From assembly GCA_951406725.2 (NCBI GenBank), contig OX597831.1, forward strand, positions 60,760,001 through 60,824,000: DNA of 64,000 nucleotides. Direction: 5' to 3'. Source of the stretch: Octopus vulgaris (Eukaryota). The position numbers were made by a program, and so were the translations under genes. Position 1 is the stretch's first letter. Every line of letters starts with the position of its first letter. Shown here in pieces: positions 51,801-64,000 of the stretch. The notes beneath the pieces are model-generated. The model was not told the DNA's origin and ran no database searches. It saw nothing but the letters and a program-made list of their open reading frames with translations.

Positions 51801-53170
51801 GTTCCTGAACCTCGTTTTCGTTCCAGAGCCTCGCATTCGTTCCAGAGCCTCGTATTCGTTCCAGAGTCTCGTTTTCGTTCCACTGCCTCGTTTTCGTTCC
51901 AGAGTACGTTTCGTTCCAGAGCCTCGTTTTCGTTCCAGAGCCTCGTTTTCGTTCCACAGCCTCGTTTTCGTCTAACGCCTCGTTTTCGTTCCAAAGCCTC
52001 GTTTTTGTTTCGAAGCCTCGTTGTCGGTCCGAAGCCTCGTTTTCGATCCGAATCTTCGTTTTCTTTCCGAAGCCTCGTTTTCATTCCGAAGCCTCGTTTT
52101 CGTTCCGAAGCCTCGTTTTCATTCCAGAGCGTCGTTTTTGCTCCAACGTCTTGTTTTCATTCCAAAGCCTCGTTATTGTTCCAAAGCTTCGTTTTCGTCC
52201 CAGAGCCTCGTTTTCGTTCCAGGGCCTCGTTTTCGTTCCAGAGCCTCGTTTTCTTTCCAGAGCCTCGTATTCGTTCCAGAGCGTCGTTTTTGCTCCAACG
52301 TCTCGTTTTCGTTCCAAAGCCTCGTTTTCATTCCAGAGCCTCGTTTTCGTTCCAGAGCCTCGTTTTCGTTCCAGAGCCTCGTTTTCGTTCCACAGCCTCG
52401 TTTTTGTTCCACAGCCTCGTTTTCGTTCCAGAGCGTCGTTTACGCTCCAGAGCCTCGTTATCGTTCCAGAGCCTTGTTTTCGTTTCAGAGCGTCGTGTTT
52501 GTTCCAGAGCCTCGTTTTCGTTCCAGAGCCTCGTTTTCGTTCCAGAGCCTCGTATTCGTTCAAGAGCCTCGTATTCGTTCCAGAGCCTCGTTTTCGTTCC
52601 CCAGCTTCGTTTTCGTTCCAGAGCGTCGTTTTCGTTCCAGAGCCTCGTTTTCGTTCCAGAGCGTCGTTTTCGTTACAAAGCCTCGTTTTCGTTCCAGAGC
52701 CTCGTTTTCGTTCCACAGCCTCGTTTTCGTTCCAAAGCCTCGTTTTCGTTTCGAAGCCTCGTTGTCGGTCCGAAGCCTCGTTTTCGTTCCGAATCTTCGT
52801 TTTCTTCCGGAGCCTCGTTTTCATTCCGAAGCCTCATTTTCGTTCCGAAGCCTCGTTTTCGTCCCAGAGCGTCGTTTTTGCTCCGACGTCTTGTTTTCGT
52901 TCCAAAGCCTCGTTTTCCTCCCAGAGCCTCGTTTTCGTTCCAGAACCTCGTTTTCGTTCCAGAGCCTCGCATTCGTTCCAGAGCCTCGTATTCGTTCCAG
53001 AGTCTCGTTTTCGTTCCACAGCCTCGTTTTCGTTCCAGAGTACGTTTCGTTCCAGAGCCTCGTTTTCGTTCCAGAGCCTCGTTTTCGTTCCAGAGCGTCG
53101 TTTTCGTTCCAAAGCCTCGTTTTTGTTCCATCGCCTCGTTTTCGTTCCAGAGCCTCGTTTTCGTCCAGAG
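48843..53170. repeat. 19-bp minisatellite (consensus CGTTCCAGAGCCTCGTTTT), about 4.3 kb, roughly 225 units
   Basis: The 19-nt period gives the 19-aa repeat FVPEPRFRSRASFSFQSLV in the ORF track. Confidence 0.98.
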
Positions 53171-53318
53171 GGTGGTGTTGATCCCTGCTGTACTCTTTCA
53201 CATCAATTTTATGCATATAATTTTACTAAATCACTTTGAGAGTGTCGCTACTCGGATGAATGACACCGCAAACTCAGTGTCACGAAGTCCACATACAAAA
53301 ATATTGCCGAATGTATGT

Positions 53319-53646
53319 GGATGGAAGCACTCCGTCGGTTATGACGACGAGGGTTCCGGTTGATCCGATCAACGGAGCAGCCTGCTCGTGAAATTAACGT
53401 GTAAGTGGCTGAACACTCCACAGATACGTGTACCCTTAACGTAGTTCTCGGGGATATTCAGCGTGACACAAGAGAGTGACAAGGCCGGCCCTTTGAAATA
53501 CAGGTACAACAGAAACAGGAAGTAAGAGAAAGTTGTGGTGAAAGAGTACAGCAGGGACCACTCACAACGCCCGGTCTGGGAATCGAAACCGCGATCCTAC
53601 GACCGCGATTCCGCTGCCCTAACCACTGGGCCATTGCACCTCCACT
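53319..53646 (-). mobile_element. SINE family B (same tail as 8638 copy), 11-bp TSD
   Basis: CGAATGTATGT at 53308-53318 and 53647-53657. Confidence 0.9.
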
Positions 53647-54461
53647 CGAATGTATGTATGGATCATGTGGTGTAGGCCCTCACTGACAGTTTATTTACGA
53701 AGTTGTTTGTACGTTTATGCTGTGTCAAGGTAGACAGGTGCACATGTAAGTCCGTTTGAATGTATATGTTTGATTGTTATAAATTTGATGCATATAAGCA
53801 TGTATCTTATTACTATGTAAATCTATATATGTTTGTTGAATGGTGCAGATGTATAAACAGAAGCTTCAACATGGTAAACTGTAGTTATATGGGTTATAAG
53901 TATCACTTAAATATACTCTCGGACACATACAGCCGCAATCAAAAAACTTTCAGCAACACACGACGCGTGTCGATTACTATTACCTCGACGATCACATGCC
54001 ACCAATTCGGGCTGTCTTGGCGATTATCTCCTAGGTATTTTGGGGCAATAGATCAGCGTGGAAGGAAACGGAATTTGAGGATTCTTGACGGTCTGGTGTC
54101 TGCGGGCAAATCTGCAGAGAGGATATGACGGAGGAGGCGCATTTGAGGTATATCTATGACGTATACTGACTAGTGGAAGCAGTGTTGTGACTCAGCGACT
54201 TCGCTGCTGGTCAATGCGGAGTGTAGTCGCTCCGACGAATTCTCATCATTAGGTTAATCGGTGCTGCTGCGTAGGTTCTATTTTCTTCAAGTCCCATCGT
54301 TACAATAACAACGTCTCACAGCCGTAAAGGAGTGTGGAAGACATGACAGCTCAGAATACCGTAACTTTCCTTTAAATGGGGAGGTCATGGTTTCACAAGA
54401 CTCATTTTGATTGCCTTACGAAAGCAGTATAGGCAGCGCTGATCCTATTCTCGATGACTTC

Positions 54462-54500
54462 TTGGTAGACGAAAACTGAAAGAAGGCCGTCGTATATATG

Positions 54501-54552
<52 letters not shown>

Positions 54553-54706
54553 CTAATGTATGTATGTATTTCCCCCCCCCCCGCCAGCCATCGTGTGAAA
54601 GCCGTTGCTAGTGTGTGTATGTCTCCTAACTTAGCGGTTAGGCAAAGAGGGATAGATAGAACAAGTACTAAGTCAAATGACTGACATAAAGAAAAGAATA
54701 AAAGAA
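54462..54706 (+). mobile_element. Partial diverged SINE family C
   Basis: ttggtagacgaaaactgaaagaaggccgtcg...taacttagcggt...gtcaaatgactga. Confidence 0.75.
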
Positions 54707-55082
54707 TATATGTGTTTGTGAGAGTGTGATTTTGTGCGCGCGCGCGAATGCGTGAACGCGTGCGTTTATGTCTGTGTGTGTGTATGTGCGCGCGTACGTA
54801 CGTCTGAGTGTGAGAAAGGAATCCACACGTCAGAAAATATAGTATTTGCTATTTCAATGCAATGAGTAACCAGCACTTAGTCGGTATGATCGATGGTTTC
54901 AAGTATATAGTTGATGAAGTGTAACGACGCAGAAATACATGAATTCTATTGTCTACTGACTGACGTCTGGTGAATGACACTGATGTGTTTACATCCATGT
55001 TGTCTATTTGAAAAATTTTTTCTCTCTATGTAATTTTGCAGCGTACATCAAACCTGCAATTTATAAATGTACATAAAAATAT

Positions 55083-56493
<1,411 letters not shown>

Positions 56494-59400
56494 ATGAGAC
56501 GATGAAGGAAGTCACCCCCACCTGGTGGACGCCCGGGAGGAGGTTTTGAATGAGAAACCTGCCCGGGAAGTGAACCCAGGTGCAAGTTCTCCAACCGGCA
56601 GCAAGGGCCATGGAGACGGAGAACCCGATGAAGAGGTAGAGCGAGGAAGAGGAACTAAAAGAAGGACTGGAAGAGCTAAAGGAAAAGAAAAAGCTCAAGC
56701 AGGACCAAAGAGTGAAACAACCAGAAATAGAAGTGGAATCGCAAAGGATGGAACCAAACAGCGCACACGGGTGTGTGTGTTCTACCTGAGAGGTTCCTGC
56801 TGGCATGGAAAGGAAGGTGCAGGCTTCCGCTTTGCACATCGGGGACCCTGCCACAGAGACACGAGGCAGATGGACAAACCATCAACACAAAGAAAAGGGA
56901 TGGACCACGCACCACCTGCCCCAAAGCGGAGGTACGCAGATGTTGTTCGCGCCACAAACAGCCAACATGATGTTGTCGAAAGAGCAGCTGCTGAGCAACA
57001 ATCTTTTTTGTGCATGGCACAAAAGATTGTACAGCAGCTGACCTGGCTTCATCAAACCCAAGCCCGCAGGTGGGACTACCCACTATATACCAGACCACCA
57101 CAGCAAACAGACACAGGATGGACACCGCCAGCAACAACGTACACCTCACCTCGATACTCCTACTGAACATCAGAGGACTGCAAACACTCAGTAACAGGAC
57201 AAAGATCCCGTTCCTGAGAGACTTTGTTGCATGCAATCAAGCCTTATGCATAGCACTCACAGAAACGCACCTGAAACCGGACATAGCAGATGCGGAGTTA
57301 CACATACCACAGTATGCTGTACTACGGACCGACTGGAAAGAAAGGAGTCATGGAGGTGTTGCTATGTACATCCGTGAGGACCTCACACCCCAGGTCCTCT
57401 TGTCATACTCAAACTCGGTGTGTGACACACTAATTGTACATATTAGGCAACTTGATGTAGTTATTTGTGCTACATATCGCCCTCCAGATACCCCAAGCCA
57501 TGTGGGCAAGTTTGAAGACTGCCTTATAAAAATAGAAGAAATTCTAACCACATTAGAACAACACATAGGTGTGCTTCTTATGGGAGACTTCAATCTGCCC
57601 AATGTCAGATGGCCCGAGGGCCTTTCTCTCCCAGGAATGACAAGATGTGAACGAGGACAGGCGAGGTCCCTCCTGAACCTCATCAACACCCTGTACATGG
57701 AGCAGGTAATACTCCAACCAACCAGGGCAGGTAACACACTGGATCTCTGCTTCACAAATGACATGGATCTCATCCATAATGTGAAAGTGACACCGACACT
57801 ACTCTCGGATCACAACATGATAGAGCTGACCATGTACGGGTCAAAAGAGAGCACGGACATGCAGCCTACAAGAAACCTCAAAATCTTTCCAGCTTGAACT
57901 ACCATAAGGCAAACTGGAATCAAATTGAGAAAGAGATCCTCAAACAAAACTGGCCTAAATGTCTCTCCTCGCCAGACATCGACGTGAAACTTCAACAATT
58001 CATGTCTGTAATGCAAGCCATATGCTACAAATGTGTCCCAGAGAGAAAGGCCACTGTACACAAGAACAAAATCCCCAGAGAGAGGAAAATTTTAATGAGA
58101 CGGTGTACGAAATTTTCAAATCGCCTAAACAAACAGATTGAAAGCAGTGAAAAGTCCCGCCTAAAAATAAAACTGTTGGAAATCGAAAAATGTCTGCAAC
58201 TCTCCCATGAAAAAGAAAGAGCAGACAAAGAAGCCTGGGCTATAGAAAACATAAAATCTAACCCCAGAGCTTTCTACAGGTATGCCAAAGAAACAGCTAC
58301 AGTGCACTGTAGAATAGGGCCACTCCTCGAAAAGGATGGCACACTTACAGGAAAACCAGTGAGGGTAAGTGAAATACTGAATGAGCAATTCAAGAGTGTT
58401 TTCACTCCACCCCTTGGGCATCTCCAAATCACCAATCCAACTGACTTTTTTACCACTGCAGATATAAAATCAGAGGCGGCGACGATAGATTACATCGATA
58501 TAAAGGAAGACGATGTAACCAAGGCTATAGATGAAATGAAAACAGACTCAGCTACTGGCCCCGATGGATTCCCGGCAATCCTCCTAAAAGCATGTAAGAG
58601 AGTCCTAGCAAGACCACTGCAGTTCCTCTTTCAGAGCTTCCTTGCAGCTGGCAAACTTCCAGGAAAACTGAAGGAAGGTAAAGTATGCCCCATTCATAAA
58701 GGAGGTAGCAGAGCGGAAGCCAAGAACTATAGACCTATCTCTCTGACCTCACACATCAGCAAGGTCATGGAACGAATAGTCAGAAGGAAGCTGATCACCT
58801 TCCTTGAAGAGAATGACTTGCTGCCCGACACCCAACATGGTTTCCGACCAGGAGAAGCTGTTTAACTCAGCTCCTACAACACTATGACTGGGTGCTGAAA
58901 CGGCTGCTCAACCACTCAAATGTGGAAGTGATATATCTCGACTTTGCAAAGGCCTTTGATAAAGTCGATCATGGAATGATATGTCACAAACTGCGTGATC
59001 TCAACATAGTTGGAAAACTGGGAGAATGGCTTCATGACTTTCTGAAGGATAGAAGTCAGGTGGTAGTAGCCAATGGGGCCACCTCCATTAACACACAAAT
59101 AGTGAGCGGTGTTCCGCAGGGCACTGTTCTGGGACCACTACTGTTCATAATGGCCCTCTCAGACATGCCCTCAGCCACGCAGAGAGCCACGATCACAAGT
59201 TATGCAGATGATACAAAAGTTTCACAGGCAATACAGAACCCTGAGGACACTAAACACCTGCAATGTGAGCTGGACGAAATATACAAGTGGGCTGAAAAGA
59301 ATAGCATGCAGTTCAATGCTGGAAAGTTTCAAGCTTTATACTATCAGCATGCAAAACTGAATGCAATACCCAATGAATACACTGGACCCGGAGGGATTGC

Positions 59401-60200
59401 AATCCCAGAGGCACAATCAGTGCGTGACCTGGGTATTCACATGAGTGATGACGCGACCTTTCATGTACATGTTGCTAAACTGACAATGAAATGTAGACGG
59501 CTGGCTGGATGGATTCTTAGAACCTTTAGAACAAGAGAACAAAAAACCATGATGGTCCTCTGGAAGACACTTGTCCTAAGCCACTTTGACTATTGCTCTC
59601 AGCTATGGTCACCATCCAGTGTCAAGTTGATCACAGAACTTGAGGCGATCCAACGAAGCTACACAAAGAAGATAGCCTCTATGCAGAATGTAAGCTACTG
59701 GGAAAGACTCAAGAGATTAAAATTATATTCTCTGGAGCGTAGGCGGGAAAGATATGCCATAATATACATCTGGAAGATCCTGGAGGGAAGTGTCCTGAAC
59801 TTTGGCATCGAGAGTTACGCAAATGCCAGAACTGGGCGCCACTGCGTGGTGCCTAGGCCTCCAAACCTGCCATCAAGATGTAGGACAAGATTCTGTGATA
59901 GCCTGGGCTTCCAAGGCCCACAGCTCTTCAATATCCTCCCGAAGAACCTGAGAGACCTGCATGGGGTGGATACAGATGTCTTTAAAATGAAGCTGGATCT
60001 CTTCCTGTCAGGTGTCCCAGATGAACCAACTTCACGGCAGGAGGGGCAGATGAGGGCAGCTGCATCGAACTCTCTCATGCACCAAATAGCAGTTGCTAGA
60101 AAGCCTCCATGAAGTGAAACCAAGTAGCAACACCAAATGGCGGTGCCCCAGCATGGCCACAGCTCATAAGCTGAAACTAGAATCAATCAATCAATCAATC
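56494..60200 (+). mobile_element. Near full-length CR1-clade LINE: partial ORF1, ORF2 (APE plus RT) with two frameshifts, (AATC)n tail
   Basis: LNIRGL, LTETHL, GGVAMY, YRPP, MGDFN, LDLCF, SDH; NYRPISLTS, QHGFR, DFAKAFDKVDH, SGVPQGTVLGPLLF, YADDTK, LYSLERRR; frameshifts near 57890 and 58860. Confidence 0.96.
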
Positions 60201-60720
<520 letters not shown>

Positions 60721-61299
60721 GAATGTGTATGTATGAATGCATGTATTTATGCAGTCAGCCACACATACAAACGCATATAATGCATTATATATTAGATATA
60801 TATGAATGATTTTTATACGCATTCTTCATTATTGATTATAATTTTCCTCTTTTTCATAAGGTTGAGGTGCTTTGTTCTTTGTCGTCATTTCGCACTATGG
60901 TGGCATCCTTATTGATTAATTTAAATATAATTACATAAAATTAATACTAAAACACAAGAAAATGAAATGGAAAAATCTACTTCCTGTTCTTCGCTTTCCC
61001 TTTGTCATGACTTACAATTTGTAATTAGTTGTTTTCTAATGTTTCTTTAAAAACTTTCTTAAATTTTTTTGAGATGTAAGGAAAATTCTAGAATATTTTA
61101 GAAAAATCATGGCTGCGTATACTTGTAGATACGTTGCATTAATAAGCAAGATTGAAATTGAAATTTGTTCTTACATGTGTTGTAACAAAGTTATGATGTC
61201 AGTTTATCACACTCTTTGCTACTAAGGCAGAGCAGTTGAAGGAGCGTTAAGTGCTTAGATTCATATATTATATATAGTATATTATTTTCGCTCAAGTTT

Positions 61300-62110
61300 T
61301 TAACGGGATTATTTTACCCATCGAAAAGCACTCGTTTCTGGAGTGTTATCAAGGAGTTTATCATTGAAGAAAAAATATCTACAAATAAAAGGTACAACTA
61401 TGAGTGTGATATTTGTACCTTCATATCCATCATGGGTTATCTAGAAGGTGAACTTTACGAGGAAGTAGGAAAAATCATTGATCACTACTTCAAGGAAAAC
61501 CTTGTGCAAAAGTGAAAGCGCTACCTTGATGACTGCTTCCTTGTTTGGGATGGACTAGAAGAAAACCTGCAAACATTTCACACCATCCTCAACACACTGC
61601 ATCCATCTATCAAATTCACAACAGAAACTAGCTTCAGTTGACTACTATTCCTTGACATTAACATCAAAATACACAACTCCACTGTTAAAACAGACATATT
61701 TTATAAAAACAAAACGGACACATACCAATATTGCTACGCTTCCCCCCGCCCCCAGACGCACATCAAAATGAACATCCCATACATTATGGAATGATGCATG
61801 TGCACCCTGGTAATTGACCTACAAGTACGCGAAATTTGAATTGCTGAACTCAAAATCATCTTACAAGAACAAAATTACTCCATGAAACTAATAAATAATT
61901 GAATCTTCAAAGTGATGAAATTAGACATTACAGAAATAAGGATTCCAAAACTAAAAAAAGGAAGTGACATATTATTCCATTCGTTAATACACACAACACT
62001 AGAATAACCAACATTTTCCACGATATACAACAAACCTACCAATACTCTTAAAGAACTCCAAAATGAGAAACCTTATAGAAAAAAGCTACCTACGAAATAG
62101 TAAACGTTAA
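61300..62110 (+). mobile_element. Decayed Penelope-like element RT fragment, copy 1
   Basis: MGYLE, RYLDDCF.VW, LNTLHPSIKFT.E, FLDINIKI, KTDIFYK. Confidence 0.85.
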
Positions 62111-62119
62111 GAAAAAAAA

Positions 62120-62900
62120 GACGATATGGACTTCTTAAACAATGTTTCAATAAGGATAAACAAAGAAACTATTTTAGTCAGCTTTGATGTAGATTAGCCT
62201 CTGCATTAATGCCCCCCGCCATACCTTAGACGAGAAGCAGTAGTATTCCGGATAAACAAACACACCCAAAAAATTCAAGAGGGATTCTCGAAGGAGTTCA
62301 TACTAGTACTAGAAGACAACTACTTCTTTTTTTTACATTGAATGTTTCCTACAAATACAAGGAAACCGCAATGGGCATGAAAGTGGCACCGGCGTTTGCG
62401 ACACTAGTAATGATAAATTTGGAAGAAAAATCCATTCTTTATCTAGCATTTCCTTTGTCCAAAACATCCATTCATACTTAGAGGGAAACTGGAAAGTTTC
62501 TTGGATGAATGATTTATATTCTGGAACAAAAGTAAGGAGGACCTTACAAAATTTCTCGAAATGATAAGCAGCATTCATAGATCAATCCAATGCACTATGG
62601 GAATGAATGAAATGGAACTCTTTCCTAGATATTTTAATAATCTAAGAAAATGAAATTATTACAACTGACATCGATTATAAAAACGTGGGCACGCACCAAT
62701 ATTTAGATTTCAGTTCTTGCCATCCTTTGTATACAAAATGAAACATACCATTTAATATGACAAGACAGATATGCACAATAGTTTCGAATACAAACAAACG
62801 AAAAAGATGACTTGCATAACTTAATTTGTTCCTTAAAAAATAAAAATACTCCTCCAAACTAATAAACCAAGCTATAGCTAAATTAGAATATTCCAATATC
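62120..62900 (+). mobile_element. Decayed Penelope-like element RT fragment, copy 2
   Basis: LVSFDV, FLQIQG.AMG.KVAPAFA, IH.SIQCTM, FLDILI, QYLDFSSCHP....NIPFNM.RQICTIVS. Confidence 0.85.
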
Positions 62901-64000
62901 TACATTACCAGAAAATCCTCTTTTAGTCCTTAGATTTAATAAGTATCTTCTACTTTTGTGTCGTAAAAGCACAACCTATGGGTTTTTGACGTGCTAAACG
63001 CCGAACCTACGACATAAAAGTTTCTAAGATCATATTTTATATTTATACTATTTTCCCCTTCGATTTACATGATTTATACAAATTCATGACTACAAATGCA
63101 TAACATTTTCACGTTACGCGGTGATTTTTAAAATTATTTTTTAATATGCTAGTCCTGTTTTTACAGTTTGTGTTGTGTGGTGGAGGACATCATGAATAGA
63201 ATAATTAATTAGCATTTCACTACCCTCTTATTTACTTCACAACAGAGTATTTAGTTTACGTATTTATTTTTATTGCTGGCATTGCAATTAGGCCTTTTCC
63301 ACACTCCTTGTTTAATTTCGTTTATTGGAATAATTGTCTAAAGGATTTTATTTACAGAAAGTTTTGCATCGAAAATGTAATCTAGAATATTGTATTTTAG
63401 TAAGAGGAAACTCTGATGCTACATTTTGTAAATATTACATGTTGTTAAGTATAACAGACACAAACATGAAATAAGTGTCATGAGTGTGAAGCAAGAAAAC
63501 GACATGCATATGGGAATGCATGTTTACATTTTTTTATGCTAGTGTGTTTATAAATATGTTTGAGTTTATATGCTGTTTTCCATGTATATGGTCTTTTGTA
63601 TGCGTGCATATATTTGTACGAGGGATCTTACTTTTTCAATATGTGTTGAGTGTTCACAAGTGCATGAAACCAAATAGTAAATGTCTTAAGTTAATTATAG
63701 TGGAGCCGAAAAGACTGTGCACGTCTCTATCTCTTCCGCAAAGAAATGCAAATTTCTCAGTGTAGCACTATCAGCTTTCATCTTATCTTCCTTCACCTAA
63801 TATAATTTACGCTCTCTTGAAAAGTTGTTCATCTGTTGCTGCCTTTACATGATTTACTTTGTCGGATTTCCTGTCACAAGTAGCAAGATGTTTACAGAAA
63901 ATTATAGAATCCAGCAACTAAAATTTTACCAGTAAGGTCATCAAATAAAGTTAATTTACACATGTGACGTTTTGCTTGTAATACAAAAAGTATGCGCATT

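Noticed and set aside
48843-53170. CRISPR-like array or CENP-B box
   Set aside because: There are no unique spacers and the context is eukaryotic; only TTTCGTT matches the CENP-B box and the essential 3' CGGG is missing
48719-53363. Very long ORFs (up to 947 aa) on both strands
   Set aside because: The 19-bp unit has no stop codon in any frame, so overlapping ORFs in all frames are an artefact of the repeat

Overview
AT-rich, repeat-saturated animal DNA. The SINE families and abundant (TA)n, (GATA)n and (TAA)n microsatellites suggest an octopod cephalopod, which is an inference. No host protein-coding exon could be supported; most track ORFs are translations of microsatellites, satellite or SINEs. 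Elements present: three tRNA-derived SINE families in many copies, Tx1/L1-type, RTE, CR1-type and R4/Dong-type LINE relics, Penelope-like fragments, a Gypsy relic, a Tc1/mariner relic, an 8-bp-TSD MITE carrying TTAGGG repeats, and a 4.3-kb 19-bp minisatellite next to a Helitron 3' end. Four observations stand out. (1) An ORF1-only Tx1-like element and an RT-coding Tx1-like element share a 3' hairpin and sit in tandem at the same site in a SINE tRNA-like head, with a 12-bp TSD. (2) A well-formed type I hammerhead ribozyme lies in a small insert at 45.6 kb, with decayed ones elsewhere. (3) Two short retroposons are flanked by unusually long direct repeats of about 170 bp and 67 bp. (4) A recent templated inverted duplication lies at 38.3-39.1 kb.
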